Of a stretch of 64,000 bases of DNA, positions 31,843 to 42,480 are shown one piece after another. Within the stretch, counting starts at the first letter, position 1; every line of letters starts with the position of its first letter. The stretch is from a virus (lineage: Duplodnaviria > Caudoviricetes): the IMG/VR virus record IMGVR_UViG_3300008267_000012; one strand, 5' to 3'. The position numbers and the translations under genes were made by a program. The notes under the pieces are model-generated. The model was not told where the DNA came from, did not search any database, and saw only the letters and a list, made by a program, of their open reading frames with translations.

Positions 31843-32569
31843 GCATCTGCTTTTGTATATCTAGTGCAGCTTTGGTAGGATTGTCAGAATAAATGATTGA
31901 ACGAGAACAATTAATTAATAAACCAATATTATCATTCATTCCATTATCAATAACTTCTTGCAATGAACCACCTTGTGTACCAACACCAGGAATTAAAAAG
32001 AAATTATCAGGTGCTATAGTTCTTATGTTCTTTAATTCATTTATTTTTGTTGCACCAACTACAAACATAAGGTCAGATTTTCTTTCCCATGTTAAACTTG
32101 TTTCAATTATATGTTCATATAATCTTTTTCCATTTTCAAGTTTTAACATTTGAAAATCATTTGAACCTTCATTTGAGGTTAAACCCAAAAGTATAGTTGT
32201 TTTATTTTCATATTCAAGAAAAGGTTGAACAGAATCATATCCCATATATGGTGAAACTGTTGCAGCATCTGCATCCATGTTTTCAAAACATGATTTTGCA
32301 TATGCATTTGATGAATTACCAATGTCACCTCTCTTACCATCTATAATAACATACGCACCCTTTCTTTTTACATATTCACATATAGTAACAATATCTATGT
32401 TGCAATGCTCAAAGAAAGCAGCATTCAATTTATATGCTACAACATAATCTATTGTAGAATTGATTATTGAATAACAAAAGTTGGTTGGTGATTGATTTAT
32501 AATATATCTTGGGTCAGGGTCTAATCCAACACAAAGAAATGATTTCTTTTGTTTAATTAAATCAATCAT
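31829..32569 (-). CDS. pyrF: Orotidine-5'-phosphate decarboxylase
   Basis: LCVGLDP...YKLNAAFFE...IIDGKRGDIGNS...TVSPYMG...TSN...FVVGAT...LIPGVGTQGG...NCSRSIIY. Confidence 0.95.
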   Translation of the reverse strand: MIDLIKQKKSFLCVGLDPDPRYIINQSPTNFCYSIINSTIDYVVAYKLNAAFFEHCNIDIVTICEYVKRKGAYVIIDGKRGDIGNSSNAYAKSCFENMDADAATVSPYMGYDSVQPFLEYENKTTILLGLTSNEGSNDFQMLKLENGKRLYEHIIETSLTWERKSDLMFVVGATKINELKNIRTIAPDNFFLIPGVGTQGGSLQEVIDNGMNDNIGLLINCSRSIIYSDNPTKAALDIQKQMHGYL

Positions 32570-33011
32570 TAAAACGCTTCAAAAGGTTTTGATTTTTGTT
32601 CTAAATAATCATTATGTAATGTTACCACATATTCAGCAAAATCAGAATCAATTGCTCCCATTGGAACTACTTCTGATATTTTATCAAATTTAACCTCATC
32701 ACCTTCTTTAGCACCAAGTTGGTATTCAACAGGTTCAACAAGTTCAATGATTCTACACCAACAGTCTTCCCCTGTTTTGCAGGTAGATATTTTCCAAGGT
32801 CTATTAAAGACTTCTTTTCTAGCTTCTGAGTACTTCATTTTTTTTCTTTAATTAGTTTTTCATATTCTTCTATACCCCTTTTAAATCCTTCATAATACCC
32901 ATCCATAAAAGGAAGCACTTCTAATTTGTAAGTGTAATTTCTGTTTTTGCAGGATTTAGCTGCAAATTCTTTGATTTCAGCAAGAGTTTTCATGAATTAA
33001 ATATAAAACTT

Positions 33012-33272
33012 TTAATCTACTTCTTCAAGTTGAAGTTCTTTTTCTTTAACCAATTCTTCAATATCTTCAGGTGCTATACCAAATCTTTTTATATTATAAC
33101 CTCCATAGAGTTTGTTATCGGGTTGTACTTCTTCTAATACAAAATACTTATCATTTGTAAGTTTTGATATACACATCTTAACAACCGTATACTTCTCACC
33201 CTTTTTAATCCAATGTTTATTACTTATATCATTGGGTTTAGCAGAATCATCTATGCAAATTACTTTATTCAT
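33012..33272 (-). CDS. Conserved phage hypothetical protein
   Basis: KVICIDDS..P...WIKKGEKYTV motif. Confidence 0.6.
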   Translation of the reverse strand: MNKVICIDDSAKPNDISNKHWIKKGEKYTVVKMCISKLTNDKYFVLEEVQPDNKLYGGYNIKRFGIAPEDIEELVKEKELQLEEVD

Positions 33273-33504
33273 TTATTATTTCAACTCTATTATTTGTTTC
33301 AATCCATACCTTTGCTCCGCATGATAAAGGTTTATCTTTTGAATATACAATTCTGCATACTTCATTATTATCTTTATCATAGATTATTGCTTGTTGACCA
33401 TAATCATTTGATTTGTATGTCTTGCATGTAATCACAGGATTATTATCACCATTCTTTGCATTTGCTTTTATTGCATGTTGATTGACATGGATTATTGTTT
33501 TCAT
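33265..33504 (-). CDS. Conserved phage hypothetical protein
   Basis: MKTIIHVNQHAIKAN...PVITCKTYKSN...KPLSCGAKVWIET; start corrected. Confidence 0.7.
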   Translation of the reverse strand: MKTIIHVNQHAIKANAKNGDNNPVITCKTYKSNDYGQQAIIYDKDNNEVCRIVYSKDKPLSCGAKVWIETNNRVEIINE

Positions 33505-33511
33505 ACTAATT

Positions 33512-34255
33512 TTAATTAAAAATATCACTCTTACCAATCGCTTTTAGTTCGTTGGATAAATTAACAAACCAATTCGGTATATTTTTTTCAATATATTCAC
33601 CAATTATAGGCAATATTGATTTATAATATTCTTTGTTTAGTAAATATAACATAATACTATCACAAGTAGATTCTGCTTGATTAATAAGTCCATAATCAGT
33701 TAGTGAATATGTTGTTGGTATCTGTATCTTTCTATCAAAAAAATGCGCTATTTCGTGTAAAATATGTGATTTATCAAAAGTATCACCTGCCCAATCAATA
33801 CCCATTTCATCGTTAAGACTAGTTGGTGAACTATAAAACCCTTTTTTTGTGAAATATGATTTGATTTTATATTTTTCTAACAAGTCTATTAGTTCATTTT
33901 TATTTATTGATGTGGGTGAATAATTAAAAAATTTACTGTAATCAACTGTTTTTTCACGCAAACGTAATAGTTTTTCAGCATATAATTTATAATTAGAATA
34001 AGACCTAAAATCATTAATTGATTTAATGTCACTTAAATTAGGATTATCAATATATTCTTCATCGCTACCCTCAATATAATCATAGTTAAATTTATTTTTC
34101 AACATATTAATATATTTGTTTCGCTTTTCATCATCTTTACTTAAACCATCAATAATATCAACTAATTGCTGTATTTCTTCATTATCTGAAACTTGTTTTG
34201 TTTCATTCAAAACTTCTCTAATTGATTCCTTTATAATCCTTTTTAGTTGTAACAT
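33512..34255 (-). CDS. Zincin-like (HExxH) metallopeptidase, putative virion internal protein
   Basis: HILHEIAHFFD...TDYGLINQAEST; N-terminus LKRIIKESIREVLNE; late motif at 34270. Confidence 0.65.
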   Translation of the reverse strand: MLQLKRIIKESIREVLNETKQVSDNEEIQQLVDIIDGLSKDDEKRNKYINMLKNKFNYDYIEGSDEEYIDNPNLSDIKSINDFRSYSNYKLYAEKLLRLREKTVDYSKFFNYSPTSINKNELIDLLEKYKIKSYFTKKGFYSSPTSLNDEMGIDWAGDTFDKSHILHEIAHFFDRKIQIPTTYSLTDYGLINQAESTCDSIMLYLLNKEYYKSILPIIGEYIEKNIPNWFVNLSNELKAIGKSDIFN

Positions 34256-34800
34256 AAACTATTTTAAGATAAATAGTTTTAAATATTCTCTATTTCCTTC
34301 CTAACTTCATTCCAATACTGAACAAATGGATTTGGTATCATAACTTTATTTAAATAATCCATAATCTCATCAACAGCAATTGAAGCACACTTTTTAACTC
34401 TTGTATTTGAACCTCCTAATGCAGTATCTAATACAACTAAATTGTATTTTTCAATAAGCTGTCTTGCTTTTTCTTTAGGATTCATATGTTTACTTTTTGT
34501 AAAACAAATATAAAGGTTTTTTAAAAATATATCACGCAATATTGCGGAAATATAGTGTTATAAACAATAAAAAATTAAAGAGTTCGTCTGTAATCTTCAA
34601 TTAAATCATCTGAATACCAAGTACTAACTAAAAAATCATCACCATTTTCAATAAGTGAGTATTTCTTCTTATTCTCTTTAGCAAAATTCACAAAATCATC
34701 AAACTTGAACAATTTTTTATCGTTTCTTTTTGATGAGATTTCCGAATATCTTTTCCCTATTTCTTTTACAGAGTGTTGCATGTTTTAATTTTTTACTGTT

Positions 34801-35225
34801 TATAACAACAAATATAAGAAATAAATTTTGATTTATCTAATTTTTATAGGTAAAATTTACTTCTCATATTTGCAACCGTTATATTCAATTAAACAAAATT
34901 TATGTGTTTAATCAAAAAGGAAAAAACCATATTGAAGTCAAAGCACCACCAATAATCATAACTAATAGTGTTATCCAACTAATTTTTGAAATTTTAAACC
35001 ATAAGTCACTTCTTTTATTGTCACTATTCATAAGCAACCAAGAAGAACCAGCAATTGCTAATACTACAAAAATTAGTGTAAAATAAATCTTAAAGTAAAT
35101 CATGTTTTTTGTTTTTAAATGTTTAAATTTTGTTTAACTAAATATAACAACAAATATAAGAAATAAATTTTGATTTGTTTATTTTTTTATGGTAAAATTT
35201 ACTTCTCATATTTGCAACCGTTATA
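34801..35225. repeat. 83-bp direct repeats (77/83 identical), each with 21-bp inverted arms, flanking a two-TM gene
   Basis: Copies at 34801-34883 and 35143-35225; arms CAAATATAAGAAATAAATTTT / AAAATTTACTTCTCATATTTG (19/21). Confidence 0.9.
34912..35103 (-). CDS. 63-aa two-TM membrane protein
   Basis: Two hydrophobic helices; bracketed by the 83-bp repeats. Confidence 0.65.
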   Translation of the reverse strand: MIYFKIYFTLIFVVLAIAGSSWLLMNSDNKRSDLWFKISKISWITLLVMIIGGALTSIWFFPF

Positions 35226-35231
35226 AAACAT

Positions 35232-35387
35232 TTAAGACTTCGGTATGTAAATCCTGATAGGGATGTCATTATTTCCACCATCTTCCCATTTAATAATGTA
35301 AAACTGTCCTTTTTCTGTATCGTAGTAAACGACATTATCCCTATCAGGTATCATTCCTTCGGGTAAATTTTGCATTTTCTTTGTCAT
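35232..35387 (-). CDS. 51-aa hypothetical protein (missed by ORF track)
   Basis: Manual translation MTKKMQNLPEGMIPDRDNVVYYDTEKGQFYIIKWEDGGNNDIPIRIYIPKS; fits the operon spacing. Confidence 0.55.
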   Translation of the reverse strand: MTKKMQNLPEGMIPDRDNVVYYDTEKGQFYIIKWEDGGNNDIPIRIYIPKS

Positions 35388-35595
35388 TATAATTAAATAT
35401 TTCCAATTTCGTTTTTAACTTCTTCAAGAAATGCTATTCTGTAATCAACCCATTCAAGTTGAGCAAATGTGCTGTTTTGTTTATATTCATTTAACATCTC
35501 ATCTACTGCTATTAAAGCACATACTTTTGCAGTTGGTTGATAAATTTGTGAGTAATCAGACATCTTTACTTGTCCTATATTCATATACTTATCTA

Positions 35596-36604
35596 CTAAC
35601 TCTTGTGCCTTTTGTTTTGCTTCATTTCTTATTTCCATATTATTTCTTTTTAGTATTTGTATTAATCATATCAGGTAAATCTTTTCCATTACCTAATTCC
35701 AATAACTTAAAATATTTTTCATCACCAACAATACCATCAACAGTCCATTCTGTTTTAATACCATTTTCATATATTGGTATTGAATATGTTGATGGTAATG
35801 GTTTGATAAATTCATTACCATTTAAATCGTATTTTTTATTTATCATCTTCATTAATTATTTTAGCATAAGGTGTATGGCTATATCTATGTGCAGGTTCAT
35901 CCATTACAATTTCAAATTCTACTTCTTTACCATCCCATTCCATTATTTGTGCAACAGTACCAATCAATGATTCTTCATTATCAGGATGTAAAGGAATAGA
36001 ATCATAACCTGATGTTATTTCATCTCTCATAGCTTGATACCAAACAAACCACCCTGCTTTTGTTTTTTTAAGAATTCCTTTCATTTTCATGTTCTTTATT
36101 TATTTTTCCAAGATAATACATATTAACTAAGAAATGTCTTGGTGAATAAGGTTTACCATTATAAAATAATTCTTCTGCTAACATATTAATTGTTTCAATT
36201 TCTAAATCAATTAAATTAGTTTGTCCATCAAAAGAATTATAAATTTCCCAATATCTTTTTGCGATTGTTTCTAAATCATTATTCATCTTGTAAAACCTTC
36301 TACTTTATAAAATTCTTTTATAGTTATTTCTCTTGAACCAAATGGAAATTGTTTTAATGATTTTTCATATGTTTCTAACATTTCTTTTTCTGTTGGTTTA
36401 TAATCATATATTGATGAATAACTACCTTCTTTAGAAGAATGATTATACACATCAATTACAATTTTCCAATTAGTTGTTATCTTTGTCATCATTATTTTCT
36501 TTTCTGTTATTGCAATAAAGTATTTCATCACCTTGACATATACAATCAGGATATGAACAACCTAACTCTTGTGCCTTTTGTTTTGCTTCATTTCTTATTT
36601 CCAT
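35596..36604. repeat. Exact 43-bp repeat encoding MEIRNEAKQKAQEL
   Basis: 35596-35638 equals 36562-36604. Confidence 0.9.
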
Positions 36605-36646
36605 GTTATTTTTAGCTTCTGCTAAAATACTTTCCTCTTGTTGTTT

Positions 36647-39600
36647 TTCACAATACTCACAAGTATTATCATCAGGTCTTTCACAAGTACATTTATTTTC
36701 CATCTTATTTATTTTTAATAATCTCAATTAATTTAACTAAACAAGATATTTCAGCATCTTCATAAGTTTCCCAATCTTTACTATAATGCTCTGTTTTTAG
36801 TGTATTTAATTTTCCTATTTCAAAAAAGAATAAATTATTTTCATTTTGAAATGGACTAACTAAATACCCATACTTCTCCCTAAAAAAACGAAAGGCTTGG
36901 GAGTAGGTTGGTACTGTCCATCTTTCATATGATTCTTCACCCTCTTCATCTTTACTACAAAATGCACCATATTTATCTAACTGACTATTAGTAACACTTA
37001 AAAAATCATCATTATAACAAGCTTTGTCACCTGTTACATTACCGCTACAATTAGCGTATTCGTAAATTTGTCCTGTATTATCTTCTTCATCATAATAAGC
37101 AAAACAAGGTTCATCAAACCCAAGTTTTTTGAGTTCTAATGCTTGTTGGTAAGGAATAAATTCTTGTATCATATTATTTATTTTTAATTATCTCAATTAA
37201 TTTAACAATTGCAGCAATTTCAGCTTCTTGATAAGTATCCCATACACCACTATCATTTGGACCTTCATATTCTGACCAACCTCTATGTGTACCACCAATT
37301 GCATCATGCCATTCAAAAAGATAACCTGATGCGTTAGAATATAATGTTACTAATGTATTATACTTCTCTCTAAAAAAACGGAATGCTTGGGAGAATGTTG
37401 GTGCTGATATATAATTATCAACTTCATTATTAACATTTTCCATCTCACTATTTTTAACCAATTCTAATATATCACTTAGTTGGTCATTTTTGTAGTAAGT
37501 AAAACAAGGTTCATCAAAACCTAATTCTTTGAGTTCTAATGCTAAATCGTAGGGAATGAATTCTTTAGTCATATCTTCTCAATTTCTTGTTTAACTTCTT
37601 GCCAAAATGTATAACCTCTATCAGCACCCATATGCCCTAATATCTCATTTAAAGCTATTAAAACCAATTCTTTTGTTATATGTTTTTCATGTGGAGAATA
37701 CTCTTCAGATAATTTGTGTTCTATACTATTATAGTATTTCCACCATAGTTCATCCGCTTTTTCTTTTGCTGTCATAATATCTTCAAGATAGATTTTTTGC
37801 GAAAGGTAACACTTTTCGGTACTTTATGCAAAAAATTTATTTATTTACCATTTGATTTCCCATAGTACAACCACAAACACCGCTTCCTCCATTTTTAGGA
37901 TTGCAAGAACATATTTCTGAATATGGTACTTCATTTGTTGGTGGAATATTGAAAGATGGTGACTGTAACATCTGAGTTCTTAAATTATCATTGTAAATGA
38001 TAGTATCATAATACTCAACAGCTTTTTTATTTACTTTTGAAGTAGAATTACTTGCTTCTGTATGCGCTTCATGCGCTTTTATTCCTGATAATAGGAATTC
38101 TTTAATTAATTTAATCATCTTGTTTATTTATTTGTTTTTACTATTTCAATTAATTTAACAATTGCAGCAAGTTCTGCTTCTTCAAAAGTATCTGATTCTC
38201 TATCTCTAAAACTTTTCCCTGCTAAACTATCATATGTTTCCATTGGTTTTTCAATGTAAATATCATCTTCATCTCCTAATTCATCATCAGTAGGTAAAAC
38301 CAAACTGAAAACATCATAATCAAAAGATACTCCACCTTTGTACTTACTCCAACTTATTTCATGTACCAAATTATACTTCTCTCTAAACCATCTAAATGAT
38401 TGTGAAAATGTTGGAATTTGAATATATACTTCCATGTATTCAACATTAAGTATATCATTGACACTAATAGTTTCATTATCTTTATCAACTTCAATCCATT
38501 TCCACATAGTATGTCCATTTGGATTACCAACTCTTAAACAAGATTCATTAAAACCTAATTCTTTAAGTGCTAATGCTTGTTCGTAAGGTATAAATTCTTT
38601 AATCATCTTGTTCTTGTTCTAAGAAAACTATTCACAAAATTTTCTGCATCTATTTTTGCTTTATAACCAAAAAAGATATAATTTAATTCTTCTTGTTGTT
38701 TTTTAATTAGCAATCTGCTGAACTTTGAATGAATTAAATAATATGATTGAAAATCTTCTTCCAATAAAGAATCTAATTTAGTAAGAATTTCTTCAAGTCT
38801 TTTTGATTTAGTTGTTTTCCAATACTTGTTAATTGTATTATCATAACACTCATTCCATTTGTCAATTGTCATAATTTTCAATCTCAGTTTTAACTTCTTC
38901 CCAATAAGGTTTTGCCATTTGCCAATCTCCACTAGATGAGAATATGCCCATAGATAGTATCTCATCAACAACAATCAATGCACATTGCTTGGCTATAAAT
39001 TGAGCATCTTGATTTGGATACCAAGCATAGAATTTATCATATAATTCTTCGGCTTTTTCTTGTGGACTAATCATATTAAAAATATTTTAAGAGTTTTACC
39101 ATCATCTTGAAATTGTATCTCAACATCTTTAGCATTATAGTTTGTATATGCTCTACCATTATGAGGTGGTGAATGTTGTATAACTTCCACTCTATTAACC
39201 TTATCCAATATATTTACTTTTTGTTCTTTTTGCCATTTAACACCTGCAATAAATCCATCATGCCATAATGGTGATTCATTTGCAAATGATGCTTTATACA
39301 TTTCTTCTTCAAGAGTTTCTTTATTCATTTTATTTCTTTTTGAATTTATTAAACCATAAATTAAAAGCATATTCTCTTTTTTCTTCATAATCTAAACCTT
39401 TAGGATAGATTATGTCAGGAGATAAATCTTCAAACCTTTCTCTTGTAACCCAACCTTGAAAATGTGCTTCACTCATATCTTCCTCACTATACATCCTCTC
39501 CGATTGCCATTTAGCACCATTAATAAATGCTTTTCTTTTTTTAAAGCAATCAACATCTCTATTATAATTCCATTCGGGTTTATCTAAAGGATTTGAAGGG

Positions 39601-39797
39601 AATTCTCTATAAAAATTCTCAGCAGCTTCTCTTAATTCTGCTTCTTTCTCAACCTTTTTAGTTATTTCAGGGTCACCATGTTCATTTAACCAATCAGTAA
39701 TCATAGTTGGTTCTTTTAATATTTGTATTGAAGATTGTTGTTCACAATACTCACAAGTATTATCATCAGGTCTTTCACAAGTACATTTATTTTCCAT
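36647..39797. repeat. Exact 57-bp repeat encoding MENKCTCERPDDNTCEYCE
   Basis: 36647-36703 equals 39741-39797. Confidence 0.9.
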
Positions 39798-40392
39798 AAG
39801 TTGCTTGATAGTATTGTTCTGCATCAAAATTTACAAATAGTGGTGGAAGTTCTCCATGTTTAAATGCTTCTATTATCTGCTCCTTTTCTAATGCTTTTGC
39901 TTGCTCAATAATTTCAGGAATGCATTTTATTGAATGTATTTTGTCTGAATATATTATTTCAATCTTACCATTCTCAATCTGCTCTACTAGCCATTCAACT
40001 GCTGTCATCTGTTTTACTTCAACCATCCTTCTTCTTTTAATTTATTTAAAAATATTTTAAAAGTCTTAATACCATTTTCACACATTGATTCCTTTGCATC
40101 TCTCATAGATTCAGGGTCATTATCCAATACACCTTTCATCCAAAAATTATTATCCCAATGGTCTTCTTTCCAAGGCTTTACCCTTTTATCAGTAAACTTA
40201 ATATCTATATTATCATAGAATGAACTTTCAAGGTCAGTTTCATAAAGCCTTGTTGCTTCCCAACAATACTTATCATCTTCATGTGTTGCTCCTTGATAAA
40301 AGTTTAATTCAAAATCTTCCTCTTCTTCTTTGTTTGCTAAATCTTCCCTGATATACCAAACTCCGTTTATTTCAATTCTGTCTTGCATCATA

Positions 40393-40767
40393 TTACCACA
40401 TCTTAAATACACAATCAATCCAATCAGGACATTCGCCCCTTGCAAATAAAACAACACCAATGATGTTTGTATAACCCAAATCCTCATAGAACTTCTTATG
40501 TTTAATCATAGAACCTCCTGTGGTTAATACATCATCAACAATTAAGAATGGAAGACTATCATCATCAATGCAATATTTTACTAATGCATCCTCAATTCTA
40601 TTTCCACCTGTTGGAACACCAACTACACCTCTGAAATTATATTTCTTGCTAATAAGATAAGCAAAGGTTTCAATGTCAGCATCAGTTAATGCATCACATT
40701 CAATTTTAAAATCAGATGGTTTACCTGAATTTAATATTATATCTACTTTTTGAAATAAGTTATTCAT
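40393..40767 (-). CDS. Minimal type I phosphoribosyltransferase, orotate PRTase-like
   Basis: ILNSGKPSDFKIE (OPRT-like N-terminal motif), VVGVPTGG, PRPP loop LIVDDVLTTGGS; only 124 aa. Confidence 0.7.
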   Translation of the reverse strand: MNNLFQKVDIILNSGKPSDFKIECDALTDADIETFAYLISKKYNFRGVVGVPTGGNRIEDALVKYCIDDDSLPFLIVDDVLTTGGSMIKHKKFYEDLGYTNIIGVVLFARGECPDWIDCVFKMW

Positions 40768-41300
40768 TATAATTATCTTCTAATCTATTTAATTCTTTTT
40801 CTAATACGTCAATAGGATAACCTTTAGTAAAAATAGTATTAGGGTCAATAGCTTTAATCTGTTCAGCTAAGTCTTCTCTTTTACCTCTATTATAATATAA
40901 GTTTTCAATACCTCTTGCTAAATCATAGCATTGCTCATCACCAATGATATGTATTCTTAAATCATAATCATTCCATTTGGTTTTATAATCGGTAATCATA
41001 TAACCTTTGGTAATGTTTCTAAACAGATTATGTAAATACCAATTCCTTACCCTAACAATAGAGTTATCATTACCAAATAGATGTAATAATCTTAAAAACC
41101 ATCTTGGACACCACCAAGGTTTTGCTTTGTAATTCATAAAGATTACAAGTGGTTCTAATGCTTTGAATATATCACCTGAACTATTCCAAGGTACAGCACC
41201 TAAGTATTTATACTTCTGATTAAAGTCAGCAGGAAAGAATACTGCCCATATATCACTCAACTCAATATCCATTGTGTGAATGATTCCTTTCTTTTTACCT

Positions 41301-41714
41301 TTAAATATTATCATCTTCAATCCAAATTATACCTAGACCCACTTTAGTTTCAATTTTAGCACTAGGTAGTTTTTTTCTTATACCACATATATGAACAGCT
41401 AAACTATTATCTACAACAACAACATCTTTCCAAACATTATCAATTAATTCATCTCTTGGTATAACTCTATTTGCATTACTGTATAAATAATGTGCTAAGT
41501 CATATTCTCTTCTTCTTAGAATAACTTCAATACCATTATCAATGATAGTGCATTTGTTTTCATCAAATTTAAGTTTTCTGTCCTTTTGTTTGTTTAAAAA
41601 CTCAGACATAAAATTAAATATATTAACTGCATCTTCCCAATATGTATGTCCATTTTGATTAGCATACTCTTTTGCAGCTTTAAGAATCTCTCTTTTGGTT
41701 ATTGTTTGTAACAT
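41301..41714 (-). CDS. OmpR/PhoB-type winged-helix DNA-binding protein without receiver domain
   Basis: RREYDLAHYLYSNANRVIPRDELIDNVW...NSLAVHICGIRKKL...IETKVGLG. Confidence 0.75.
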   Translation of the reverse strand: MLQTITKREILKAAKEYANQNGHTYWEDAVNIFNFMSEFLNKQKDRKLKFDENKCTIIDNGIEVILRRREYDLAHYLYSNANRVIPRDELIDNVWKDVVVVDNSLAVHICGIRKKLPSAKIETKVGLGIIWIEDDNI

Positions 41715-42480
41715 AAAATTACTATTTATTTTTTAATACAATTATTACTTGTTCCCAATACGATGGATACTCTTTGCATTTACCAATACTATATCCATTC
41801 CCAATATACATTTTTAATAACTGATTAGCGCATTCAATAGCACAGTTAATTGCAATATCTTTATCATTAACCAATGGTAAAAATAAATTAATTAATTCCT
41901 CTGCTCTTTCTTTAGCACCTTCAGTTATTTGAATCATTTATTTTTTATCAAGATTTCTTAACTCATTTATCATAAATGATAAGACAAGATTAAATACACT
42001 AAAAATGAAAAATGTTGCTCTAATATTTTTTAGCCAACATAAAGGATTCATTTCTCCTACAACAAATGATATTCCAAAGTACATATAGAACATCATGAAT
42101 ATCCAAAGTAAAATTATTCTTTTCATATCGTAGGTATTTTATACCAATTTTCTTTTATCCATTGAATCTTAAATTCATCTTGAACTGTTTTAGGAACAAA
42201 GAATTCATCTTTACTTTCTTTTAATTTTCTATAATCATCTATTAAATCATTAATAGTTTCATTCAATGAATCAATTTCATCTTCTAATTCTTTACAAGAA
42301 TTTATTGTTTCGTTATAAATGATTCTTTCAATAACATCATCCAACTCATATTCAGCTTTTGTTATTGTTTCAATCATTTTCTCTTTAAGAGATTCTAATC
42401 CATTCTCATCAAGAAAGGAAAAGAAATACCCATCCAAAACTTGTTTTATACTTGCCATAACACAAATATAATATATTTTT

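Larger units (their letters stand above)
34279..42458 (-). other. Array of short paralogous/chimeric ORFs
   Basis: Family A (KEKA.EL..K...IAVDEI...W.EVK.EI): 34279-34485, 35393-35638, 37569-37775, 38862-39074, 41722-41937. Family B (EFIPY..AL.LK.LGF.E.C...PTFSQAFRxFREKY): 36705-37172, 37174-37572, 38124-38606. G(A/V)KWQ family: 39071-39328, 39330-39797. Confidence 0.85.

Noticed and set aside
35138-35335. 65-aa ORF from the track
   Set aside because: It runs through the 83-bp repeat/promoter; the alternative frame 35232-35387 fits spacing and composition better.
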